Virus record (IMG/VR): IMGVR_UViG_3300047545_000175
Span: 1 to 37,554 of that record
Direction: 5' to 3' (one strand)
DNA length: 37,554 bases
Origin: a virus
Lineage: Duplodnaviria; Caudoviricetes
Shown: in pieces, positions 27,917-35,506 of the stretch
Layout: each line of letters begins with the position of its first letter
Numbering within the stretch: the stretch's first letter is position 1
Program-made: the position numbers and the translations under genes
The notes under the pieces: generated by a model
The model's database searches: none
What the model was told of the DNA's origin: nothing
Seen by the model: the letters and a program-made list of their open reading frames with translations, nothing else

Positions 27917-28789
27917 ATGCAAATTAAATCATTCAAAAACGCACCTAAGTTTGCAAAGTTGCAGCAATTAGCAATTGCCGTGCAAACGGGGGATGATCAT
28001 GTTATCGCCCGTGCTTTGCTTCAATTGCAGTGTGACCCGGACTTTTCCGGCCCGGGTTGGCAAACCAACTTGAACAAATTGGCAAACGTGTTTGCTAGCA
28101 AAGCCCCCGTTTTTGCCGTGTTTGCGCTGGGGGGAAATAGTAAATTGCCGTTTGTATCGTTTTCCACTATTCCCGGGGTCACATGCCCCGGGGCGGGGGA
28201 TTGCATCACGTTTTGCTATTCCTATAGGGCTTGGCGATTTCCGGCCGCATTTGCGCGCATGATCCAAAACGCCTATTTGATGCGGTTTGCCCCGGATCAA
28301 ATAGCTATAGCGTTTGCAGCGATTGCAGCAAAACGGCCCGGGGGGTTTGATTTCCGTTTGTACGTTGATGGGGATTTTGCAACCGGGGCCGATGTAGCGT
28401 TTTGGATGTCGTTATTAGCATTAACCCCGGGCGCACGTGCATACGGGTATAGCAAATCTTTTCATGCATTGCTGGGGTTTGACGTTGTCGGGGTTTGGCC
28501 CACAAACTATCAACTTAACATTTCCGGGGGTCACAATGCCCCGCAAACGGTTGTTGATGCGGTTAAGCAATTGCCGATCACCCGGGGGGAATTTATCGCG
28601 GTTTCGATTGGGCGCAAAGTAAAAAGCACGGATCATGGCACCCCCAGCACGAACGCTGCAATCCGGGCCAAATTTCCGGGGGTCAAGGTTTTCCCGTGCC
28701 CGGGGGAATGCGGTACATGTACGGGGGCGGGGCATGCATGCGGTTTGCCCAAAATGAAAAACCGCGTTATCGCGATTGCAATGCACTAA
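27917..28789 (+). CDS. GP88-like Cys-cluster (radical-SAM-like) protein
   Basis: AGGAG RBS; GNSKL, TCPGAGDCITFCYS, RLYVDGDF, YGYSKS, CPGECGTC....HACG. Confidence 0.7.
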   Translation: MQIKSFKNAPKFAKLQQLAIAVQTGDDHVIARALLQLQCDPDFSGPGWQTNLNKLANVFASKAPVFAVFALGGNSKLPFVSFSTIPGVTCPGAGDCITFCYSYRAWRFPAAFARMIQNAYLMRFAPDQIAIAFAAIAAKRPGGFDFRLYVDGDFATGADVAFWMSLLALTPGARAYGYSKSFHALLGFDVVGVWPTNYQLNISGGHNAPQTVVDAVKQLPITRGEFIAVSIGRKVKSTDHGTPSTNAAIRAKFPGVKVFPCPGECGTCTGAGHACGLPKMKNRVIAIAMH

Positions 28790-28800
28790 TGGGGCCAACA

Positions 28801-28974
28801 ATGACCAATCAACAAATTTGCGATTTTTACGACAACAACCCAAACCTTACATTAGCCCAATTAGCGCAAATGCTGCGTTTGTCGGTTGACCAACTAAAAA
28901 CAATCCTACAAACCCCGCCCCCCGTGCAAACGTACGGGAGAAACCGGGGCCGATCCAACAACTACAGGGGATGA
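28801..28974 (+). CDS. Small HTH-like protein
   Basis: GGGG RBS; YDNNPNLTLAQLAQMLRLSVDQLKTIL. Confidence 0.65.
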   Translation: MTNQQICDFYDNNPNLTLAQLAQMLRLSVDQLKTILQTPPPVQTYGRNRGRSNNYRG

Positions 28975-28976
28975 TC

Positions 28977-29198
28977 ATGGGCAAATTTTCTGACATCGAT
29001 TTAGAATTGACGTACGGGGCAAAACCAACAACAACCCCCCGGGTTGGATCTTTTGGGGTTTGTTTGCATGATCCCAACAACCCGCCCCGGTTTTTTACGT
29101 TGTTGCAGCTGATTGGAAATATTGGGTTGTTCGCCCCGGTTGATGACCCAGGATCCATCCTACAATTTGACGTTTGCGATTATTGGGAATTGACGTAA
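28977..29198 (+). CDS. 73-aa hypothetical protein
   Basis: GGGGATGATC-ATG start; followed immediately by a terminator. Confidence 0.6.
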   Translation: MGKFSDIDLELTYGAKPTTTPRVGSFGVCLHDPNNPPRFFTLLQLIGNIGLFAPVDDPGSILQFDVCDYWELT

Positions 29199-29199
29199 A

Positions 29200-29240
29200 A
29201 CCAAAAAGCCCCCGGGTAAAACTGGGGTTTTTTTGGCTTT
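29200..29240 (+). terminator. Rho-independent terminator of the island operon
   Basis: CCAAAAAGCCCCCGG-GTAAAA-CTGGGGTTTTTTTGG. Confidence 0.75.
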
Positions 29241-29263
29241 GCTAAGTAAGTGAGCGCACACTT

Positions 29264-29700
29264 CAGATTTTGGCCCGTTTGCGGGGTTGTTTGGGTTTTG
29301 CTGGGGATTGGCCCGGGTTGGTTGTTTGGCCCGTTTGCGGGGCGATTGGCCCCCAGCGATTGGGCGATTGTTTGGGCGGGGGTTTGGCCCCGGTTGGTTT
29401 GGCGGGTTTGATTGGCCCGGGGTTTTGCTGGGGTTTGATCCCTGATTGTTTGTTTGGCCCCGGTTGATTGATTCGGGCGGGGTTGATGCAATTGGGGCGG
29501 GTTTGGCCCGATTGGTTGATCCGGTTTGCTGGGGCGATTGGCGGGGCATTGCAGCGATTGGGGCGGGTTGGTTTGTGGGTTGACCCCCGACAATTGGCCC
29601 GTTTTGGGTTTAGTTGGGGTCAAATTTTGCGGGTTTATCGGTTGGGGTTGTCGGGTTGGTTGTCGGGTTATATGATAATCGCCCCGATAATCGGCCAATA
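29264..29700. repeat. G/T-rich low-complexity non-coding tract
   Basis: Very few A on the + strand; recurring TTGGCCC, GGCGATTG and GGCGGG words. Confidence 0.7.
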
Positions 29701-29725
29701 TCGGTTTTGGCTGCGTTTGGTCAGG

Positions 29726-29930
29726 TTTTCCACATAATCCTGTGGATTTTCTGTGGAAATGCCGGTTTTCTGTGGACATTTTGCGGTTTTCTCGGCGGTA
29801 CCTGTGGACAACCTGTGTAAAGCCTGTGGATCGATCTGTATAACCTGTGAACAAGCCAAAAATGGCAAATCGAGCCAGAAATTCCCAAATTTTCCCCTAT
29901 AAAGTGCCCGTACCAAAATTTTGTGGAAGT
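29726..29930. promoter_or_regulatory. DnaA-box-like cluster (right)
   Basis: TTTTCCACA at 29726; TGTG(G)A-type boxes at 29741, 29752, 29771, 29803, 29814, 29825, 29846, 29922. Confidence 0.65.
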
Positions 29931-29970
29931 TCCAAATTTCCAAATTGGTACGAAAATTTCTCTCTTTGCT

Positions 29971-30780
29971 TCAGTACCAGCGAGTTCCCTTGACTGTTGT
30001 GTCAAGAGTTCTCTGAATGAAGTTTTCTCTTGCTTGAGCTAACTTGAGTGGAAACTGGTCTTTTGCTGTCTTTTCTGCCACGCCGTAGAAGTCGTAGCGT
30101 TTGCGATAACTTGCCTTGGGTGCAAAGAACATGACTGGCTTGATTGCCGAGCCAAATGCTGTCTTGTATCGCGCCCAGATGCCTGACTTCAAATGCTGGA
30201 CTTTTTCTCCTGTCTTCCAGCTACCTTGTCCAACCCGTGATTCGCCCTTGCGAGCCACAAAATATCTGGCTTTGTAGTTCTGCTTGAGATTACGGGCTTT
30301 GGACTTCTTTGTCTCGTTCTGCTGCGATCCAGACAGGTAGAACGCCTGAAGCTGCGACAGAATTTCGACAATTTGGCTGGGAGACATATTCCCGTAGGAA
30401 TTTCGTCTTACCCCTGAGCCTGGTGCTGGAACTGTGATTTCGTTTGTACCGAGTACGCCAATACGTCTGAGCATGAACTCAAAACGCTTTTGTGGACGGT
30501 TTCCACCGTGTATTTGGGGTAACAGGTAATGGAAGTTGCTGTCTGAGTTCTTGACCGCAACGTAAGCCTCAATTTTCGCCAATGTTGCGTATCGGTAGAA
30601 GATGCTGTTCAGGGTGTATCGAGTTGGTCTGTCGAACACCTTAGTCATCTCTGCTCTTTGGGCATCCCTGATCTCAAATGCTGTTTTGTTGAGTGCAGAC
30701 ACAAAAGCAGATACTTGGCCCTTCTGAATCTTCTTCAGGGCAGTCTTTACTGATGAGATGTTGGAGCCAAGTTCAAGCAT
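29971..30780 (-). CDS. Putative neck/tail-completion protein (HK97 gp10 / lambda Z-like)
   Basis: ALNKTA...VFDRPT.YTLNS motif; basic; YRKRYDFY near the C-terminus. Confidence 0.6.
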   Translation of the reverse strand: MLELGSNISSVKTALKKIQKGQVSAFVSALNKTAFEIRDAQRAEMTKVFDRPTRYTLNSIFYRYATLAKIEAYVAVKNSDSNFHYLLPQIHGGNRPQKRFEFMLRRIGVLGTNEITVPAPGSGVRRNSYGNMSPSQIVEILSQLQAFYLSGSQQNETKKSKARNLKQNYKARYFVARKGESRVGQGSWKTGEKVQHLKSGIWARYKTAFGSAIKPVMFFAPKASYRKRYDFYGVAEKTAKDQFPLKLAQARENFIQRTLDTTVKGTRWY

Positions 30781-30793
30781 GAACCATTATAGG

Positions 30794-30821
30794 AAAAAAG
30801 ACCCGGACTGGATACCGGGTC
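30794..30821 (-). terminator. Rho-independent terminator
   Basis: Minus strand GACCCGG-TATCCAGT-CCGGGTC-TTTTTT. Confidence 0.75.
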
Positions 30822-30835
30822 AAGACTTAGCTCTG

Positions 30836-31342
30836 TTACCCATCTTGGGAGACACAAGACGCAGAGTTTAAGCGAGTAGATTTTACTATCGGCCTTGCTC
30901 TCTTGAGGACAATCTGCTTTGCAACAAAGTCAGCCATGTCCTCAAGCTCTTTGACGATAGAACTTTCAAGCTGCAAATCGTGAACATCCATTGCCAAGTT
31001 CACGGCTTGCATCTCTGGACCACGGAACAAGAACTTTTCCTTCTCAAGTCCTCTTGATGCCATCTCATAAAGCGCGTTCTGTGCTTCTCTGATTTCTGGC
31101 AACCAATCTTTTCCCTTGCCGTGAACAGCGTAAGCCTCACACATATTGAGTGCTGCGATCAATACGTCTATCTGATCCCTGTTTCCACGGCCTTGGACCA
31201 CCTCTGTTAGTGCTGAATGGTTCTTAGCCTTCAGAACCACAATAGCATCACCCACGCTTGCAACTGGCTTCATTCCTGCCAACACCCAATTAACTGCGTC
31301 CAGGCGAACACCCTTTGGTTTGTATTTGCTTTTTTTTCTCAT
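30836..31342 (-). CDS. Hypothetical protein
   Basis: MRKKSKYKPK start, 168-aa helical ORF. Confidence 0.7.
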   Translation of the reverse strand: MRKKSKYKPKGVRLDAVNWVLAGMKPVASVGDAIVVLKAKNHSALTEVVQGRGNRDQIDVLIAALNMCEAYAVHGKGKDWLPEIREAQNALYEMASRGLEKEKFLFRGPEMQAVNLAMDVHDLQLESSIVKELEDMADFVAKQIVLKRARPIVKSTRLNSASCVSQDG

Positions 31343-31349
31343 GATTTCT

Positions 31350-31691
31350 TTATTGCCATAACGGCACACCTTTGACAAATGTGGTCTTGATCTTTGCGAT
31401 TTTTCTGGCCTGTGCTTTTTTCAAGTAACTTTTACGGCTTCTGACCTCTTGAGGCTGTGAGCTTCTTGGTTGTGCGTCTTCGCCCTCACCTAGTGCGTAA
31501 ATCTTGACACGGTTACGGCCATCAGTCTGGTCTGAGTAGGCAGCAACGTAGATCAATTCTTGCGCTTTCATTTCGTTTAGCAACCTGCCAACAGTCTTAG
31601 GGTTGCACTGTGCTATTCGAGCCAAATCCATTCTGCTGTGTTGGCCTTCTAGCAAGGCTTTGAATACTTGTACTGCTTCTGTAATGTTCAT
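31350..31691 (-). CDS. HTH DNA-binding protein
   Basis: SRMDLARIAQCNPKTVGRLLNEM; wing ending IYALG. Confidence 0.7.
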   Translation of the reverse strand: MNITEAVQVFKALLEGQHSRMDLARIAQCNPKTVGRLLNEMKAQELIYVAAYSDQTDGRNRVKIYALGEGEDAQPRSSQPQEVRSRKSYLKKAQARKIAKIKTTFVKGVPLWQ

Positions 31692-31951
31692 GTGTTCCCT
31701 CTTGCTGCCAACCATGCGCCAAACTTTGCGATTTCAGGGTAGTTCTTAAACCAATCCTTCGCCGCTTGTTCATTAAGCGATTTAACGCCATGCTCAAGAT
31801 CAGACTGAACACACATTGACCACTCGTCTTCTATTTGCTCACGCTCATCAGCACGGACAAGGGCTTCAAAGACCAAGAAGTTGTCAAACAAACCGCCAGC
31901 TTCCAACCCTGTCATTCCAGCTTCACGGGCCATGTCTATCGTGTCTCTCAT
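31688..31951 (-). CDS. Hypothetical protein
   Basis: MAREAG...FEALVRADERE pattern; ATGA coupled. Confidence 0.7.
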   Translation of the reverse strand: MRDTIDMAREAGMTGLEAGGLFDNFLVFEALVRADEREQIEDEWSMCVQSDLEHGVKSLNEQAAKDWFKNYPEIAKFGAWLAARGNT

Positions 31952-32079
31952 TGGACTTCCTCAATTTTTTCAAAAGTACACCAAACAGGCGAACGCCAAC
32001 CGCCAACATAAAGGTAACCAGTCATTCCGTTACGTTTAATAAGTTCATATCGTTTGCCATTGGAATATCCGTAAATCAT
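31948..32079 (-). CDS. 43-aa hypothetical protein (not in ORF track)
   Basis: MIYGYSNGKRYELIKR...; ATGA overlaps at both ends. Confidence 0.6.
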   Translation of the reverse strand: MIYGYSNGKRYELIKRNGMTGYLYVGGWRSPVWCTFEKIEEVQ

Positions 32080-32426
32080 GACTTCATTTCTTTCAGCATC
32101 TCTGCCCTGCAATCGTTCCAGCCTTGGATGTATTCCAAAGTTTCACTTAATTCAGTGTGGTGTATTGCATCAGGCACGGCTAACTGTGCCGCCTTGCGCT
32201 CCTCCTCCAGCCGCGCTGCAAAGCTCTGTGCAACCCAGTCAATAAACACCTTGGCGCTTTCTTCTGCGTCACCAGTAAACACCATCTCAGGGCCGTTAAA
32301 GTCCAGCTTGCCGATCTGTTGGCCGTTGTTGTGAAAGCTGATGTTGTAGTCGGGCTTGATGGTTCCAATGGACAGGATTTTTCCTGGCACGGTGTACTCA
32401 GTCCAATTAATTTCTTGCTTATCCAT
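32076..32426 (-). CDS. Hypothetical protein
   Basis: AAGGAG RBS; C-terminal Y..GWNDCRAEML module. Confidence 0.7.
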   Translation of the reverse strand: MDKQEINWTEYTVPGKILSIGTIKPDYNISFHNNGQQIGKLDFNGPEMVFTGDAEESAKVFIDWVAQSFAARLEEERKAAQLAVPDAIHHTELSETLEYIQGWNDCRAEMLKEMKS

Positions 32427-32928
32427 TGTTCTTGCTCCTTAATTTGGCTTCGATGGCTTGCACAACCATTTCAACGTGGTGCGGAGGAATGACAAACAGT
32501 TCCAGCATATGTTTGATTTCCTCATCCGTCAGCCCAACAAATTGCCGCTGTGCTGCGGGTGGGGTGGTGTTGAATGGCGTCAAAAGTGGCTTCCAGTGAG
32601 TCGGTTTCCACGTATGGCTCCAATTGCTTTTTGGTTCACTCCAGTTCCAACCACTTTCTTTTGGCCCCTTCCCCGACTTCCATGCGGCAAAACCCGGCGA
32701 CCCTTCTCCATAAAAATTCATTTGCGTTTCTCTGGCCCCAAATTTTTCATTCCAGCCTAGAATTTTCGTCCCGTCTTGCGGCGCTGTTTCAATCGGCATC
32801 CACGCCACAGGCTCCTGCACAGTAGGCTCTGCAAGGGCTTGCTTGATGGCATGTCGAACATACTTGCGCTCATGTGCGTCAGTTTCGATGTACTCAAGAC
32901 ACATCTGCAATGTTTCGTCTTTGGTCAT
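32419..32928 (-). CDS. DUF551-like mosaic protein
   Basis: WMPIETAPQDGT.IL ... PTHWKPL motif. Confidence 0.7.
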   Translation of the reverse strand: MTKDETLQMCLEYIETDAHERKYVRHAIKQALAEPTVQEPVAWMPIETAPQDGTKILGWNEKFGARETQMNFYGEGSPGFAAWKSGKGPKESGWNWSEPKSNWSHTWKPTHWKPLLTPFNTTPPAAQRQFVGLTDEEIKHMLELFVIPPHHVEMVVQAIEAKLRSKNNG

Positions 32929-33149
32929 GATTCGCTCCTCGTTGCCAATGGCGTAAATTCTTTCTTTGGAATCCATCCTTTGTTGCCGTCCTCAAGTTCG
33001 ACCATGAACTGATCGCCTTCTTCCTCAAGAATGCGGCAACGCCAAAAGCAATCTTGCGTAGCAGGGTTTCGGCCACCACAAAAAAATCCCGTGTATCCAA
33101 CTGGATTCAATGCAAACCCGCTGTTTTGTTTTGCTTCGTCTTTGGTCAT
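32925..33149 (-). CDS. Hypothetical protein
   Basis: GAGGAG RBS; ATGA coupling. Confidence 0.6.
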   Translation of the reverse strand: MTKDEAKQNSGFALNPVGYTGFFCGGRNPATQDCFWRCRILEEEGDQFMVELEDGNKGWIPKKEFTPLATRSES

Positions 33150-33325
33150 AAACAACTCCTCAATGTCATCAAACCAAGCATCAGCACGATGAAGGCCCAC
33201 AGTGCCCAAGTTACCTGCTTGTTTACAGGTGTGTCTTTATCAAGAACTTCTTTGGCTTGTCGGATACGCTCTTTACGGATAGCGCAATGTCTGCCTTGTT
33301 GGCAGTCCTGGTTGCAGCAGTTCAT
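33146..33325 (-). CDS. 59-aa Cys-rich membrane-anchored protein (not in ORF track)
   Basis: MNCCNQDCQQGRHC.IR N-terminus and C-terminal TM; ATGA coupling on both sides. Confidence 0.65.
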   Translation of the reverse strand: MNCCNQDCQQGRHCAIRKERIRQAKEVLDKDTPVNKQVTWALWAFIVLMLGLMTLRSCL

Positions 33326-33552
33326 ACGTTATTTTGCTCAAAGCTGTAATCAGACATGGCGGCCTCTGCTTCCATCTCTAATGCTGTCAGTTGTTCTTTG
33401 GAAAGAATCTCTGTTACGTCAGTGCCGTAATAGTCAACGTAATCAAGATTTGTGTGAATGCTTTCACCGTCTTCGTCAAAGTCTCGATCAATCTTCATGT
33501 GAACAGTGATAGCGCCACCGTTCAATGTCGTGTTGTATTTGAATTCTGTCAT
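33322..33552 (-). CDS. Small acidic hypothetical protein
   Basis: AAGGA RBS; very acidic; GTDVTEILS motif. Confidence 0.7.
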   Translation of the reverse strand: MTEFKYNTTLNGGAITVHMKIDRDFDEDGESIHTNLDYVDYYGTDVTEILSKEQLTALEMEAEAAMSDYSFEQNNV

Positions 33553-33593
33553 ACCATTCCTTGGTTAATGAGCTTCTATTGTCTAGCGGCTTA

Positions 33594-33887
33594 TCAACTT
33601 TGTGTATTAGTGGAAACCCTTAGAAGTGTCCAATTAAGCAATTCTTGTTGTGTGATGCCGTAGTGCTTTACAAAGCCTTTTGTTCCAAGTCCATGAACAC
33701 CTGTGTTGCCTCGATGGTGTTCAGCGCAAAGTGGTATCAGCGTTTTGTAATCTCCCTTCCCCCATCCTCCGGCTCTCAGGTGATGGAGTTCTACGGGTGC
33801 TGGATCGTGTGGCCCATGCAAGTGATGGCAAAGAGCACAACCCAATTCAGCGACTGCGTTCTTGTGGGTCTTTTCATCTTTAGTCAA
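33594..33887 (-). CDS. Ref/DUF968-like HNH nuclease
   Basis: VAELGCALC, ELHH.R.G, IPLCAEHHRG..GVH. Confidence 0.8.
   Translation of the reverse strand: MTKDEKTHKNAVAELGCALCHHLHGPHDPAPVELHHLRAGGWGKGDYKTLIPLCAEHHRGNTGVHGLGTKGFVKHYGITQQELLNWTLLRVSTNTQS
33606..33623. promoter_or_regulatory. Operator-like site, third copy
   Basis: Reverse complement CTAAGGGTTTCCACTAAT; upstream of the 33552 gene block. Confidence 0.45.
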
Positions 33888-34284
33888 AAGTCACCCCGTT
33901 TTCTGCACCCCAAGCAAACAGCCATTCAATGAACTGACTTGACTCGTCTTTCTTGAACTTGCGTGTTTGCAATCCAAGCTGAACAATTCCAGTGCCATCA
34001 AGACTAGGAACTAGCTTGCCAGTGCTAATGCCAACCTCTTTTGCAAACTGCCAAACAAGGAACCGCTTCCAGTCTTCTGCGCTCCACTTTGCTCCAAGAT
34101 GGCTGGCTTGCTTTGCAATCTGTCCAATGATGGAGTGATACATCTCCTCCTGGTCACGGCTTTTTGATTCTTTCTCTATCGTCAACACTAGCTTGTTGTT
34201 AGCCAGCAAGTAAGGTTTAGCTTTTTGCCAAACATCTTTCAGGACTGTGTGGGCCTGTTGAGCGTTGTAGAGGGTGACTTTCAT
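33880..34284 (-). CDS. ninB: NinB (Orf)-family recombination protein
   Basis: SRDQ...YH..IG.IAKQ, AEDWK, VPSLDG, FIEWL.AWGAE.GV. Confidence 0.85.
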   Translation of the reverse strand: MKVTLYNAQQAHTVLKDVWQKAKPYLLANNKLVLTIEKESKSRDQEEMYHSIIGQIAKQASHLGAKWSAEDWKRFLVWQFAKEVGISTGKLVPSLDGTGIVQLGLQTRKFKKDESSQFIEWLFAWGAENGVTFD

Positions 34285-34517
34285 TCCAGCTCTCTTGTTT
34301 CTATTGCTTTCGCACAATGTTTTGCCGCCCATTCAGCAACTGGTTTCATGTCTTTAGATAAATCATTGCAAATATCAGCACAAATTTTGTTTTCTTGTTT
34401 TATTGCTGTTTTTACAAGATTAAAAATCATCAGTTGTCCAACGCTATCACCATCAAGATCAAAATACTCCATCAGACCTTGATCCCATAAAAATTTTTCT
34501 AATTGATCTTTTGTCAC
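34281..34517 (-). CDS. Hypothetical protein
   Basis: GTG start after GGAG; CADIC...CAKAI pattern. Confidence 0.6.
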   Translation of the reverse strand: MTKDQLEKFLWDQGLMEYFDLDGDSVGQLMIFNLVKTAIKQENKICADICNDLSKDMKPVAEWAAKHCAKAIETRELE

Positions 34518-34939
34518 TCTAGCTCCTCCTTCACGCAAACATGGACGCTGGAAATCGTGTCAAAGCGTTTTGTCACATGAAGACTCACCACTTGGCGGTC
34601 ATCTAGATACACAATCCCATTCATTGCATCAAGGATTTGCTTTGCTACGTTATCAATGTCACCGAGGTTTGCTCCTGTTGGCCTCTCAGACCGATTTAAA
34701 CAGGCCATACGGCGTTTATTTGAGTAGCTCTGGGGAACAGCATAGTTAATGTAAATATAGGCCGCAACGGGCGTTTCTAGCGGTTGAGCAGACCCCATTG
34801 CTGCCTTTGCCATCAGCGCCACTTCTTTTTCGTAGGCCAGCGATTCTTTTGGGGTATAAGCATGACCACGCCTAGTGACCCTTGCTCGTTTCTTTGGGAC
34901 TGGTTGCCCGTAGACAGAAAAGATTGTTTGGAAAGTCAT
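34514..34939 (-). CDS. rusA: RusA-like Holliday junction resolvase
   Basis: G.PVPK.RAR, YTP, DIDNVAK.ILDAMNGIVYLDDRQV. Confidence 0.9.
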   Translation of the reverse strand: MTFQTIFSVYGQPVPKKRARVTRRGHAYTPKESLAYEKEVALMAKAAMGSAQPLETPVAAYIYINYAVPQSYSNKRRMACLNRSERPTGANLGDIDNVAKQILDAMNGIVYLDDRQVVSLHVTKRFDTISSVHVCVKEELE

Positions 34940-35142
34940 TCAAGTTCACCAGATTTAAGTTTGACCATGTAAGACCGGATTCGCTCAACTGATCCAGTGC
35001 CATATTTGCGTTCTAGCCACTCAATTCGAACAGGTGTAAGCACCTTTTGGCCTGTTGACTCCCAAGTCCTGAAAAGAACTCTGGCTTCACCCAATTCAAT
35101 CATGTATCTGTCACCAGAGTCTTGTATCTGTCTGCGTGTCAT
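34936..35142 (-). CDS. Hypothetical protein
   Basis: ATGA coupled on both sides. Confidence 0.6.
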   Translation of the reverse strand: MTRRQIQDSGDRYMIELGEARVLFRTWESTGQKVLTPVRIEWLERKYGTGSVERIRSYMVKLKSGELE

Positions 35143-35327
35143 GGGTAAGGCCACAGTTGAATCAAGCCCCACTTCATCTTGGGGTACTTGCGGACAATGT
35201 TTGTCTTTTGAAGTTGGCTGATAGTTGCCCACACTTGCTTTGTTGTCCAGCACGTGATTTCTTCAATCTCTTTGCTGGACAGTTCACCGTGTTCAAGTAA
35301 GCGTCTTAGTGCGTATGGTCGTGTCAT
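35139..35327 (-). CDS. Small winged-HTH protein
   Basis: LLEHGELSSKEIEEITCW..KQV. Confidence 0.7.
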   Translation of the reverse strand: MTRPYALRRLLEHGELSSKEIEEITCWTTKQVWATISQLQKTNIVRKYPKMKWGLIQLWPYP

Positions 35328-35506
35328 TTTTTTTCCTTCATATCCTTCAGTATTTTTTCAACACTGTCTTTAGTCTCAAAGTACTTTTCAATTGTTTCAA
35401 CAATGTTTTTTATACCACCGTGCATTTTTATAAATAGCTTTATTAAAAACCATCCCCAAAAAACACCAAGAGCAATTGTTGATATTTGATACTCGTACTC
35501 TTTCAT
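35324..35506 (-). CDS. Small AT-rich membrane protein
   Basis: One TM helix; ATGA coupling. Confidence 0.6.
   Translation of the reverse strand: MKEYEYQISTIALGVFWGWFLIKLFIKMHGGIKNIVETIEKYFETKDSVEKILKDMKEKK

Noticed and set aside
29160-29854. Long Pro/Gln/Asn-rich minus-strand ORFs (224 aa, 129 aa) and Gly-rich plus-strand ORFs
   Set aside because: Low-complexity G/T sequence lacks stop codons in several frames; no RBS seen; they overlap the terminator and DnaA boxes
27075-29960. Island as an IS/transposon or contaminating host oriC fragment
   Set aside because: No transposase or target duplication and no dnaA/gidA-type neighbours; it shares the operator motif with the rest of the phage and carries phage-type genes. 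Chimerism cannot be fully excluded without reads
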